This document shows positions 48,339 to 64,000 of a stretch of DNA of 64,000 nt, in pieces (within the stretch, counting starts at the first letter, position 1; every line of letters starts with the position of its first letter). Where the stretch lies: assembly GCF_009914755.1 (NCBI RefSeq), contig NC_060946.1; one strand, 5' to 3'. The position numbers and the translations under genes were made by a program. The notes beneath the pieces were generated by a model that had not been told where the DNA came from, searched no databases, and saw only the letters and a list, made by a program, of their open reading frames with translations. This DNA is from the human T2T-CHM13v2.0 reference genome, Homo sapiens.

Positions 48339-49863
48339 TCACATTACTGTTAGTAGTACTATAAATATCAGTTGAAGTGAAGGCAATGACACCTGAGTAA
48401 GCATGTATCTTTATGGTTTAGCTACCCCATTCAAACAGTTTTGGTAGAAACCAAAATATGACTCCTAATGGGAACTGTCACTGCCTAAGCTTGGGCTATA
48501 TAAAGTGCACCCATGGAATGTAACTTTAACAAACACCCTGGCCCATGACTGGACCGTCAGCCGCAAATCCCCCTTCAGCTAGGACTCCAAGAACGCCTGC
48601 TAGGCCTCACATTATTCTCAGGACACCTGCACACAGGAAGGGGCACAGATGCATGCCAAATTAACCTTACTTCCTCAACCTCACGAGGAATCATAAAGTG
48701 GCCAAACTGTTTCAATGGGACAGTTAAAACCAAAAAGATATATGTCCACTCGGCACTATTTCCTTCTTCACTGCACCTGTTATTTATAGTGCTGCTAAAA
48801 TTAACTTGAATTTCATCTCTAAGGACTAAAAGAACCCCATGGCAATTGTATGTGAAGGAACACACACAACCGACAGCTGAGACGAAGGGCTCAGCTCTAT
48901 TCTGGGGATACCACACAAAGACCACAAGTCTCGACTTCTGCAAACAACACTCAGGTGGCAAGACCAAACCAAGAGCCTCCAGAAAGGCTGCACCATGAAT
49001 GGAAGGTCTGACTCCTTTTGTCAAAAACTTGGCTGTAAGGACAAATAGCAACTTAAGACACTCTGAGGATGAGAGGGAAAGGCCTGACTCACTTCAAGTA
49101 GGGAACAGAGGCAATAAGAGAGAAATTTATAAGACTGTGGTCAGTTTCACTTCTCCTGCCCTAGAATTTCCAAAGAGCTGTGAAACTGCGAGCAGAGATA
49201 ACTTTTGCTAGGCTGCTGGCTGCGGTAGGAGTGCAGGGTTAAGGAGCTGCTAAAAGTAGCAAGAGAGCATAGATAGGACCCTATCCTGCCTGGGCCGTTG
49301 TGCTTCTTCCTCCTTCCTCTCCACCCCCAGCGGGGGGCTGGGCCTCAGCAACAGCAGTCCCAGAAGAAAGCTTCAATTGTCCCAGTGGTATTTATTTTTA
49401 AAAATTTTTTGTGAATCTTAAGATAAAAAAGAAACTACAGTCTTAAAAGTACTACTGAGATCCCATCTTCTAACAGAAGGGGGAGCTCTAGATTTAACAA
49501 ATAACATCAAAGAAAAACCAGTACAAGTTACCTCCCCAACCTACCTGGGCACTATCCAGGATTCCCCACTTCTTACATGGGCAGGTCGTGGGCATTTCAG
49601 TGGGTAAATAGACACCCCCTGCACCTGCTTCTACTGTGTAACGCTAGCTCAACTCCAAACGTCCTGCTCTGCAGGAACCCGGGTGTGATGCATCACACGT
49701 AACCTTGGCTCTTGGAAAGCTTAGCACATGCATGAGACAGTAAGTACAAAGAATCAAGAGAAAACGGACACTGTCCACCCCACCCCAGCTTCCTTTTCTG
49801 CCTCATTTTTCTCCGCAGCACTCATCACTGTCTTGACAGTCTTTATATAAATACTACGTATCT

Positions 49864-50162
49864 GGCTGGGCATGGTGGCTCACGCCTGCAATCCCAGCAC
49901 TTTGGGAAGCCGAGGTGGGCAGATCATGAGGTAAGGAGTTCGAGACGAGCCTGGCCAACATGGTGAAACCCCGTCTCTACTAAAAATACAAACATTTTTG
50001 TACAGGCATGGTAGAGGGTGCCTGTAATCCCAGCTACTCAGGAGACTGAGGCAGGAGAATCACTTGAACTCAGGAGGCAGAGGTTGCAGTGCGCCAAGAT
50101 AGTGCCACTGCACTCCAGCCTGGGAGACAGAGCAAGACTCCGTCTCAAAAAAAAAAAAAAAA
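49864..50162 (+). mobile_element. AluS
   Basis: Full-length Alu. Confidence 0.9.
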
Positions 50163-50961
50163 GGCGGAATACTACATACTTTTCTTGTTTACTCTCAGTC
50201 TCCCACGTTTACATTTACAACATGTCCCCATCAGAGCACAGCAAGGGTTTTGTCTATTTTTTTAGTCACTCACAGCATTCCCCAAGTGCCTAGAATACCA
50301 GGCACACAGTATACCCTCAATAATTATTCACTCGATGAATTAGTGAGTATTCTGTAAGAAACGGACACAAGGTGACTAGTGACAGGAGGACAGGAGGATT
50401 CTGCGGCAGAGCTCTAAACTTTCATCTAAACAGCCAGAATTCTGGTTCTCAACCGGGTTCGAAACCTCACAGAAGTTCTGGATAGACAGTCAAGGGATCT
50501 GTGTTCTAGTACTGAGTGCTACCAATTACTGCTGGGTGACATGGGTTTTGACTGCTTTCTGGGTCTAATTTTCTTCCAGAGTGAGAATCTGCCCACCTCT
50601 CAGAACCCTTGTAAGGAAGAAACACCAGTGAGAGTGCCCTGAACCAAATGGTATATGTGTCGATATATTCAGGTGTTGCTGTCACCAAATGCTGTAATTT
50701 GGTTGAATCACTGGCTTGATTCACTTACAGGCCAGCTAGTTTCTGTACCACAGCCAGAGATTCTCTGTCTAAAACCCTGGCTGACTTGCTGCCTCAACAA
50801 CCCACACTGGCTATCCCCAAAGGGTAAGGCACAAACCCAAAGGCACAAACCCAACTTCTAGAAGAACAATTCACCAGAACATCTTGAGGACATCATCTTC
50901 ATGTACAAAGGGTGGTGCACCACTAGTGGAGGACAGGTGATAGGTGAAATGGCTACAGCAT

Positions 50962-51262
50962 ACATAGTCCCCCTCATCTGCAGTTTCGCTTTCCATGGTT
51001 TCAGTTATTCTAGGCCAACCAAGGTCCAAAAATGTTACAGTATTTTGAGTGGGCCCATATTCACATAACTTTTATTACAGTGTATTGTTAAAATTGCTCT
51101 AATTTCTTACTATGTCAGATTTACACATCGAATTTTGTCATAGGTCACATGTATAGAAAAAAAAAACACAGTACGTATAGGATTTGGTACCATCTGCAGT
51201 TTCAGATATCCACTAGGGGGTCTTGGCACGTGTTCCTCAGGAATAAGGAAGGATTACTCTAT
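50962..51262. mobile_element. MER44 (Tigger7-derived) DNA transposon fossil
   Basis: tagtccccctcatctgcagtttcgctttccatggtttcagtta ... ggggtcttgg...gaataagg..gattactc. Confidence 0.75.
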
Positions 51263-51604
51263 ATGAATTCCTATTTGGTCCTATTAAGGACATTTTCATG
51301 TAATGGCAAGAAAGGGATTAATATCTGTTGGATGCTTGTATGGAAAGCACTGTTCTAGATATTTTAAACCTGTTAGCTAATTTAATATTCCTAATCATTC
51401 TACATGGTAGGTAATATCCCATTTTATAGATAAGGACAGGGCCAAAAAGGAAAGGCAAGCAAATAGCAGGGATAAGATTATAACCTAATTTTTTTAAGTG
51501 TCCTGAATTGGAAGATATAACCTAATTCTGTAACACCCTCAACCTAGAGTTCTTTCCACTCCTCTGTGTTGATTTCTTAACTTCTTCAAAAGTTAGAGAA
51601 GAGA

Positions 51605-51959
<355 letters not shown>

Positions 51960-52254
51960 TCAATGTTCAATGACACACACTGTTTAGATGCATATCTGAG
52001 TCCAGGCAACATACAAGAGTCAACTTGGCCACAGCACTAGGTAAAGACCAAGGCAAAGAAGGCTCAGAAGAGGGGTTCAGAGACCTGTCTGAGGGGCCCC
52101 AGGGCTCTCAAGCATTGAGAATCATCGTTCAAAACCTGGAGCTCACCACGTAACAGCCTTTGGCACTGATACTAGAAGACAAGTTGGAGAAGCTGAGACA
52201 CAATAGCTGGTCAGAAGAACCAGAAACGAAGACCAAGAAAAGAATTCAAGATAG

Positions 52255-52616
<362 letters not shown>

Positions 52617-53862
52617 TTATAATCTCACTGGATCCTCTTCATAGCCCATGAGGCAGGGACCGTTATTTCATGTGTGATGAAACTGACACTGGCTGAGATG
52701 CAGTAACCTGCCAGATCATTCATTCATCGAGTGGTGGACCCCAACCCAGGTCTAGTTCTGCCTTTCCTTTCTTCCCTTGTCTAAACCTTCTGACAAATGT
52801 GTCAGTTTCTCTCAGTCCCTGAGTAGGCCAGCTTAGTCTGTGCTCCTCTTTCCTCATTTTTAATTCTTCTCTCTGATAGCAGATTCAGCAATTTCAACAG
52901 CTACTTCTGCCAGGTGAAAGGAGGAGGGAGCACTGGCCCCTCTTCCTTCAGGTTTGTGTCAGGACTTCCTGCTGGGTGTCTCTCAGTTCATCTGGGGAGA
53001 GGCTGGAGTAGCCACAGCAAGTGCTCTTGGTGCACTGGGGTTTGAGGTGGAGAGGGCAACTCCTGTGTGTGTCCCGCCAGCTTTGTTAAAAGCCACCATG
53101 TGGAGGGTAGCCTAGTGAAGGGATGTAAGAGTGCTACAGGTTAAGCCCTGGGCTTTCTTGACTGTAGGAGCAAATGACAATGGGGAGTCAGATCACCTCA
53201 AGTTCCATGCCAAGGAGGTAAGACACGAGGAAGCAGAAAATAGGTTTCCAAGTTTAGGCCTCTGCCAATTGAAGAAAAAAAGGACTTAAAGTTACCCCAT
53301 AAATGTGTGTCCAACTACGAGGGCTGCATTCATCTTAGACTCCATCTCCCCTCTCCCTGCTACCTTAATAGCTTTGCTAGGAGGAGCCAGCATATTACTC
53401 AAAACTGCATTTTCCCAGACACTCCAAGAAAGCAGTCTCTAGAAAGAGAAGCCCCCAAAGACCAATGCAAAGACAAGAGTCATGTGTGTTTATAAGAATA
53501 TATATATTCAATATCAGAGGGTAGTTCTCGATCCTTTCCTGCTGCCCCAGGAGCTGGTTCCATTGGAGCTCTTGTGTGGCTTTGTGTGAACAAAGGAAGT
53601 GTGCAGAAAATCCTGAAAGGAAAAATAAGCAAGCTCCCCAGAGAAAACAAATGAACAGAAGTGGCCAAGAGGTGTGCCATTCTTAATCACAGTTTCAGTT
53701 CTAGATGTGGACCCCGCCCCTGGCTGGCTACAACTACCAATTAATATTTTGTTCCCTCTTTCCAGCACCCATTTTCTTTCTCTCCTAACTTGTTTGCTGC
53801 CTAAATTAAATGAAGTCATTTGTCAATTAAAGATATAAAAGGTGAAAAACTGTTTCCACTTA

Positions 53863-54411
<549 letters not shown>

Positions 54412-54892
54412 TTAGGACATCAAGCCAACACTTTTCCCTTGCCAGCTCCAGATTTACTTAAACAAGTAGGTAAATGAGTCTTCTAGGATTCACAAGCAGT
54501 TCTAGAAATGCCTCTGAGCAAGGAATGACAACAATTCATTATGAAACCTCATTTCCTCATCACTATCATGAAGGAATATGTATTAAGTGTCTAGGTCTGA
54601 ATGTTGCTTTATTAGGTGTTATCGTAATAAAAATGATGGTTCCTATCTCTGATAATACGCCAGAAGCTCACCAACAATTCTGTAACCAGAGGAACTCAAA
54701 GGCTATGAACATAATACACTTAATAGAGGTCACTGGAGTGCCACAGTCCAAGCAGCCCTTCTTTCAGGCAAGCCTGCTGGGTTTCTTTTTCCAGTGTGGA
54801 AGCAGGGAGCATATACACAGAACATCAATGAGGGCTACATGTGTGTATAGGAATAAACCCATTTAACAAACGAGGTAGAAACTAGAAATATT

Positions 54893-54941
54893 TCCATCCA
54901 TCCATCCCTCCATCTGCCCGCCCACCCACCCATCCATCCAT
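54893..54941. repeat. Imperfect (CCAT/CCAC)n tetranucleotide repeat
   Basis: Read directly. Confidence 0.75.
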
Positions 54942-55352
54942 GTATCCAATAAGCAGCCCTTAAGTAAGCACTATGCCAGTCACTGAGGATAAGAATATAC
55001 AGATGGGGTCCCAGTCCTCAAAAAGATGATGGTCTAGTGGGGAAAAGAGACAAATATAAGATGGAAGTAAAACAGTAGTGGTAATTTAAGGTGCTGTAAA
55101 GGACAAAAGAGGCAAAATTTAACCTGGGGGAACAGTGTGTAAATGAATTGAATAGGAACACCAAAGCCAGACAAGGAAGAGTGGGGAGATAGCTGAGGCT
55201 AAGGAAGAACTAGAACACAAACATGAAGGTATAAAAGAACAAGGCAAGCTCAAAGAACTACAAGTAGTTTGATATGGTTGAACCAAGGAATTCAAGTGAG
55301 GATAATGTGGCTAGAAGAATAAGCTGGGCCCACTCCATTAAGAACTTTAATG

Positions 55353-55668
55353 GGCTAGGCACAGTGGCTCACACCTGTAATCCCAGCACTTTGGGAGGCC
55401 GAGGTCGGGGGGGATCACTTGAGGTCAGGAGTTCGAAACCAGCCTGGCCAACATGGCAAAACCCCGTCTCTACTAAACAGACAAAAATTAGCCGGGTGTG
55501 GTTACGCACACCTGTAATCCCAACTCCTCAGGAGGCTGAGGCAGGAGAATTGCTTGAATCCAGGAGGCAGAGGTTGCAGTCAGCCAAGATCATGCCACTG
55601 CACTCTAGCCTGAGCGACACAGCAAGACTGTCTCAAAAAAAAACAAAAACAAAAACAAACAAAAAAAA
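55353..55668 (+). mobile_element. AluS
   Basis: Full-length Alu. Confidence 0.92.
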
Positions 55669-55689
55669 CTTAATGTACTACTGTAGAGG

Positions 55690-57020
55690 CTTCTGCTTCA
55701 GATGGGGTAGACATTTTTCTGTATTTTTGTCACTAAGTACTAGTTAAAACTCTGAACATTCTATATGAAACAAGCAAAAGTAGATACTGTAAGGTGGAGA
55801 GAACTAGCTAGGGACCATGGGACCCAAAAAAAGAGACATGGTGGTAAGTTCCCCACCCCCTCCCTTTTTTTTTCTGCTTCATATATCCAGGCTTAAAGCT
55901 GAAGATGTTGGCAACCCAAAAATGCCAATGGGTACAGACAAAAAAAAGCCCTAGCAAAATATGTTCTCTCTAGCCAAAGGATTAGGAAAGGGCAGCCCAG
56001 CACAACAGAAAACTTTTAGATACTTGTTCTACTCCAAATACCACAGAAAAAAATGGTGGTCTCATTCCCACCTCCCCCTAAAGGCCAAGTTAGGAATCTA
56101 GACTTCCATCCTTGCAAGGGTGTAATGAGATGCCCCAATACCCTTGGCTGGGGTGGTGTCAGAAAGGGCCAAGTAGGAAGCTGCTTTCATTCCCACCAGC
56201 CAGTAACAAACACCCCTCCCTATCTGGCATTCATAAGGCACCTCTCCCAGTCCCTGCTGGATGATGTCAGAGGAGGGCTGGTGGAGAGCCATGACTTTCG
56301 CCACTGCCCAGTGGTAACAGCATGCACCCCCACCATGGTGTGCATACAGACTACATTGGGAGCTGGAACTCTCGCCCCGAATGAGAAGTCCCTCTCCTAC
56401 CACCAACTCAGATGTCAGTGGCTGCCAAATGAGGAACCTGAACTTCTATTTCCACCTGGTCATAACGAGATGGCACCATCCCCACCTTCCCTACTGAACC
56501 AGATTCAAAGGGTCAGCTAAAACAGGAAAGAACATACAGAGACTCCTAACATATTACAAACATATTACAGCAGAATAAAGGAGACAAAGGAAAGATTCGG
56601 TGAACCAGAATACAGAATAGAAATACCTAATCTGAACAACAGAAAGAAAAGAGACTGGAGAAGGGAAATAAAAGAACAGAGCCCCAGGAGCCTGTGAGAC
56701 TTTAATAAAAAATCTAACATTGTGTCACAGAAGTGATGAAAGAGAGGAAAAAGAGGGTGGGGCTGAAACAGTTCTTACATTAATTGCCGAAAACTTCCCA
56801 AATTTGGCAAGATATGTAAGTCTACAGATTCAACAAGCCAAGTTAAACCCCAAATAAGATAACTGGAAAAAAATTTATAGTAACATAAGCCATAATTAAA
56901 CTTTGGAAAACTAAAAGAAAAAATCTTTACAGTCAGAGAAAAACAATTTGAATGACAGCGTATTTCTCATCAGAAACCATGGAGCCCAAAGGAAATGGCA
57001 CGATATTTCTCACGTGCTAT
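55690..57020 (+). mobile_element. Old L1M 5' region/ORF1 remnant
   Basis: aacagagccccaggagcctgtgagac, aaaacttcccaaatttggcaag and atttctcatcagaaaccatggagccc ORF1-like motifs. Confidence 0.7.
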
Positions 57021-57170
57021 TAAGGATTGCATCCTGAGATCGACGTGTAGCCACCACATTCATCAGAGAAGGGATATGTGGCAAGGGAAGGATATAATCA
57101 GAACTGCATGGAGGTGGGCAGGGGAGTTGCTTCTGACTTGATGTTTTATGTTTTAAAAAAAAAAAATGAG

Positions 57171-57468
<298 letters not shown>

Positions 57469-57912
57469 TTATCAAGAATACACCTGGTGACTGCCATATA
57501 TTAATTTCATTACCCCCAACATACACACTCTCACAACTCCCTTCCCTCCCTCAATTTTGCACTTTTCAAACCTACAGAAACACTGAAAGAACAAATAATG
57601 AACAGCTTTATAACTCTGACCTAGATTGACCAGTTATCTTTTAGCCATATTTATTCTCTTTCTCTCATATACCGTAATTTTCTTCACTTATGGAATCACT
57701 TGAAAGTTGCAGATATCAGTTATGACATTTTACCCCTAAATTCTTCAGTGTGCATTTCCTAAGAATAAGGACATTTTCTTACATAACTAAGATACTTTTA
57801 TCGCACCTGAAAAAATTAATTCAATATAACCTACAGTCCATATCTGAATTTCCTCAATTGCCTCCAAAATGTTCTTTTATAGCTGTTTAGATTTTTCCCC
57901 CAAGCCAAGGGG

Positions 57913-58232
57913 TTTTTTTTTGTTTTGTTTTGTTTTTGAGACGGAGTCTTGCTCTGTTGCCCAGGCTGGAGTGCAATGGCACAATCTCGATGGCGCAATC
58001 TCGGCTCACTGCAACCTCCACCTCCTGGGATCAAGCCATTCTCCTGCCTCAGCCTCCTGAGTAGCTGGGATTACAGGTACCCACCACCATGCCCGGCTAA
58101 TTTTCTGTATTTTTAGTAAAGACGGGGTTTCACCGTGTTGGTCAGGCTGGTCTTGAACTCCTCACCTCGTGATCCACCTGCCTTGGCCTCCCAAATTGCT
58201 GGGATTACAGGCGTGAGCCACCACACCTGGTC
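57913..58232 (-). mobile_element. AluS with internal 14-bp duplication, inserted in an old L1M remnant (about 57560-58660)
   Basis: Reverse Alu containing atggcacaatctcg atggcgcaatctcg. Confidence 0.9.
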
Positions 58233-59458
58233 CCAAGATTTAATCAAGAATCATGCACTGCATTTGGTTGTTGTCAATTTGGTCACAATCTAGAACAGTA
58301 CCCCTACCTTTTTCATTTTCATGACACTGACTTAAGTATCTAAGCTGTTTGTCTTGCACAATGTTCTGTATTCTAAATTTGCTTCCTCATGATTAGATTT
58401 AGGTTAAACATTTTTGGCAAGAAGAAAACATAGGTATATGTACTTCTTAACATCAAGGGGCATATGTTATCAGGCTGTATAACCAGTGATGGTGCTAAAA
58501 GTTTGAAAGGTGACACCAGATCTGTCTTTGTAATTAACACATAATCTATGGGGTATCATTTTGATGCCACGTGAAAATCCTGTTTTCCCACAACTAACTG
58601 CCTAATAACAGTTTTAGCATCTACTGATGATCCTTGTCTGAACTGATTTTTACAAAATTGATTTTTTCAATAAAATTGCAAAATAGCAAGGACTGCATTT
58701 TTATGATCACTCTAGTAATGTTCAAGAGGCCACTTAAAAGAACAAATTGGAGTGACTGGGTGAATGGTTGTGCTATTAACACTCCTGGACAGGTGATCCA
58801 GGGCGAGTAAACTTAGGGAAGTGGGGGAGAAACTGTGTTCTGTCTTGGAGAATCACAGAACTCAAGGACAGGCATGAAGAGAGCCCACCCAGCACAGGAA
58901 TCTGAGGAGGGCCACAGAGGCAGGAGGGGAGGAGGCAAAGCTATTACCCCAAGTAAGCTTCAAGAAAAAGCCTGTAGACAGAAAGACAGAGAGACACTAA
59001 CAGTGGGGAAGTCAGGCAAAATAAGGCTTATAAAGTTTCCAGAGAATCACTTATGCTTAGGACATAGCCAGTGGTCTCAGAGCTATGCCAGTGGATTGGT
59101 GGAAGCACAAACTTACTGCAACAGATTAAAGAGTGAATAAGAAGTGAGAAAGTGGAGTCAGAGGTATGTGTCCCCTAAGAGGTTACTTACAGATGTGCTA
59201 ACAGTTCATTACTCATTCATTCTTCCAATAAATATCTGCGAGCCTACATGTGTCGGACCCTGTTTTAGTGTTGGGTTATTCATGTTTTCGTGGAGCTTAT
59301 ACTTAATTGAAGAAAGATATACATAAAACAAACATGTAACACAGTAGGAGGCAGTATATGCTATGAAGAACTATAAAGCAAGTTATAAGTGACAGTGATG
59401 GGGTGAGGTCATTTTATATGGAGTGGTCAGGGAAAGACTTTCTGATAAGGTGACATTT

Positions 59459-59762
59459 GGCTGGGGGTGGCAGCTCATGCCTGTAATCCTAGCACTTTGG
59501 GAGGCCAAGGCAAGCAGATCGCTTGAGGTCAGAAGTTCAAGACCAGCCTGGGCAATATAGTGAAACTCCGTCTCTATGAAAAATACAAAAATTAGGCATG
59601 GTGGCGCGCACCTGTAGTCCGATCTATTTGGGGGAGCCGAGGCAGGAGGACTGTTTGAGGCCAGGAGGTTGAGGCTGTGATGAGCTAAGACTGAGCCACT
59701 GCTCTCCAGCCTAAGTAACAGAGTCTTTGTTTCAAAAAAAAAAAAGAAAAAAGAAAAAAAAA
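59459..59762 (+). mobile_element. AluJ inserted in an L2 remnant
   Basis: TSD gtgacatt. Confidence 0.88.
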
Positions 59763-60305
59763 GTGACATTGGAGGAGAGATGTAAAAAAAGGGAGTGAGC
59801 CCTGCAGTCCTCTGGGAGACAGCCCTCCAAGCAGAGAACAGCATGTGGAAAGGCTCTCAGTGGGATCCTGCCTGCATGGCATCAAGGAGGCCAGGGTGGC
59901 AGAAAACAAGAAGAGTGGGTGGAAACACAGGGAGACAAAGCCACACAGGACCCTGTAAAACTGTGAACTATAATGAGAAGAAATAAAGTAGAATGGTGCC
60001 TGCGAACCTTGACACTGACAAAAAGGCTTCTGAGGTAACATAAATAAACAGGTTTGCTGAAAATGGTCTCCTTGTTTTCCCCAATAACCTCCACAATGTG
60101 TTAGAAATTACCTCACTTCAGCTTCTCAGTACTTACTATTTTCCACATTTTACAGTTGGGAAATGACTTTCCTGAGATCACATCCTAATCAACTACAGAA
60201 TGAACACTAGACTCTGGTTCTTTTGATTCCAAATCTTTTTATTTACATATATTTCATCAAGAGGTGGCAGAAGGTAAAGGAGTATAGAAAACGAAGTGTG
60301 TGATA

Positions 60306-60932
<627 letters not shown>

Positions 60933-61368
60933 CTAGTCTTTCACATTTGGCCATCTTTTCCTAGCTATTCCTTTGGAAATAAATGCTGCCTTGTCATTTT
61001 CTCTAATATTGGCAATGAGACAGCAGGGAAGGCTTCAGATCTAACCTCAGAAAATGTCAAAGGGGCACAAATTCTCCTATTTCTTTTCCCTTCAGCACAG
61101 CAGAAAAGAGAGTCACTGTATAATCAAACTCCATCCAAAGTTAACTGAGTCTTTTGCCACATCCTTTGGCCCTAGCATTAGTTTCTCATACAGCTTTAGG
61201 CAGTTAACTGACTTGCCAAAAATGACCAGCGATATGGTACAAAGCTATGAGAGAGGCAGGCAAGCCAGGCTTTTCCGAGCATTGGAGATGAACGCTCAGA
61301 ATTTTTCTGTACCCAGTCATCTTATATGCAAAAGCGTCAGCTGTCTTAGAAATCTGCCATTAACTCTC

Positions 61369-61740
<372 letters not shown>

Positions 61741-62689
61741 TCAGAACTCTTGGGAAGAAGAGAATAAAAATATTCTGTGCCACACTAAAAATGAAAAGGG
61801 GAAAGAGGCCAGCAGTCCACAGCCCAGGGTTTCTCCAAGTGTAGTTCAAGAATCATTTGCATGAAAATGTCTGTGGTGTGCAAGAATCTCTTGGAATGCA
61901 GATTCCTAGGCCTTAAGAATAATCTTTAGTAAGCTCTTTGGGTAATGCTAAAGCCACTAAATTCGGAAAACATTGCTTCCCTAATCTAACAAAGGCAAAG
62001 AAGAGGTGAGAAAGTAAGAATTTTATTTGCTTATTCTCTAATACCAGGTGCTGATTAAAACTACACTTAGTAAAGAAGGACTTGCTGAATTTTCTCAATA
62101 GCTTGATTCAAAATGTCAATTCTGTTGGCTGTGTGGGTAAAGAGTTTTAATTTCCTGGACTCCTTCCTTTCAGGATCATTGCAATGCATATTTTTCTGGG
62201 AGTCAGAGAATCTGGGCTTTTTGCCATCTTCCTCACACCCTGGCTAGGGCTTAATTCAGATGGGATGGATTCCACACCCTGATATTTTTATCAGGGGCAT
62301 GGTAGTCACCCAATGGAAAGCAGCTACAGAAATGTAGTCCTTGGTCTTAGCACCCAAAAGGTGAGGAGCACAGAGGTTCACTGGTAGTGCAGGGAATGGA
62401 GAGGGTCCCTCACACACTGAGTGACAGAAGAGGTTGGCTGTGTCACTGGTATGTAAGGGTTGACACTAGCATTAGATAGGATTTTTCTTAGGATTCCATA
62501 TCCGGGTAGATCAGAATCTCTTAACCTAGAGCACACTGTACCCACTTTAGAGCAGCTATAGATCCCTGGAACTATGTGAATTTTAGGTGCTTGCTTAGAC
62601 AACTCTGAGAGGATGTGGAAGATTCCCTATGAAGAATATATGGCACAAAAGAAATCAAGAACCTCTGATGTACCAAAGGGTTATTATGA

Positions 62690-63169
<480 letters not shown>

Positions 63170-63249
63170 TAAAGTTGAAATTTTGGCGAAAGCATAGCAG
63201 GCTGTCATCACAAAAATTCCAATGTGGACAAGAACCAGTATAAACTGTG

Positions 63250-63470
63250 ACTTTCAGGAATTAGCACAGGGTTTGTAGCCAGAAAACCCGGATTGGGTCT
63301 GCCTATCTTTCAGTGCCCGTGTAACCTACAGCAAGTCCCATGACCCCTCTGAGGCTCAGTAGCCTCATCTGCAAAATGGCAATTATACTAACTGCTGCAC
63401 TGGGTAATTATTAGCATTAAAATGAAAGTGCTTTGCCATCTGCTAGAAGCTATGTTAAGTTTAAGGGCTG
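63250..63470 (+). mobile_element. MIR SINE
   Basis: ctctgaggctcagt..cctcatctgcaaaatgg MIR core. Confidence 0.75.
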
Positions 63471-64000
63471 TTACTGATGTAGCTTTTTTCCTTTATTACC
63501 ATTCTGGAAGAAACAGCAGGTATATGGAGTCAAATGCTGAGAGCTAATTGGACCGGGCTTGACTTCCATTTTTTGTCTTTCTGTTTTTAGCTGACACACT
63601 AAAAATGCCTACAAAAATCCTTTAACAAAGACCATCAACCAAAGAGTTGTCAACAGTTCGAGAGACTGACCATGATAAATGAGCACCAAAATTAAGTTCA
63701 TGTGAATCAATGAAAGCATTTGGGTGGCGGGGTGTGGAGAAGGGACTGCATATTCTGGGGCAAGCAACGATCCAAACTAGCAGTCATAAAGGGTTCTTCA
63801 TACACATCCTGTTTTGGTATGCACGCTTGCCACCACCCGTTTTGGCACCGGCTATCACCCCCACCCAAACCAGCAGGAAGACCAACTCCCAAGAATGAAT
63901 GTAAGAAGTGGAGACGCAGGATGCTCAATCTTTTCCTTCCCAAGAGTGCAAACTGTTCCAGCGTCTCCTGCTCTTGACCCACTGATGGTCAAAGAGGCTC

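Noticed and set aside
50912-50929. Overlapping palindromes GTGGTGCACCAC and CCACTAGTGG
   Set aside because: Short palindromes of this size are expected by chance in 64 kb, and there is no supporting context.
56798-56807. Perfect CArG CCAAATTTGG
   Set aside because: Part of an ordinary L1 ORF1-derived motif; the CArG at 7154-7163 likewise lies within a MaLR LTR.

Overview
Human-type (primate, Alu-rich) genomic DNA containing two convergent protein-coding genes that I recognise as the SGSM3-MRTFA (MKL1) locus (chr22q13.1 from memory). SGSM3 is on the + strand. Its long first intron fills about 1-13,074, and 21 coding exons from 13,186 to 22,138 splice to exactly 2,250 nt (749 aa + stop; TBC/RabGAP, SH3 and RUN domains). 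MRTFA is on the - strand, with its last 11 coding exons (47,938 to 23,774; 2,789 nt) encoding RPEL2-3, basic/Q-rich, SAP, leucine-zipper and transactivation regions; its 5' exons lie beyond the window. The two poly(A) signals are about 220 nt apart. The rest is about 35 Alus plus L1, L2, MIR, MaLR/MER21 LTRs and MER5A/MER44 DNA transposon fossils; repeat family calls are by eye and boundaries are approximate. I found no evidence of a new protein-coding system. The best leads are RNA-level: three frame-preserving, stop-free SGSM3 introns at inter-domain linkers; a competing inverted-Alu arrangement around the start exon and a frame-symmetric 150-nt exon 3-4 unit; interlocked 3'-end signals; an in-frame alternative acceptor in the SH3 domain; and a candidate internal MRTFA promoter. 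SGSM3 exon numbering assumes one non-coding exon 1 upstream of the window.
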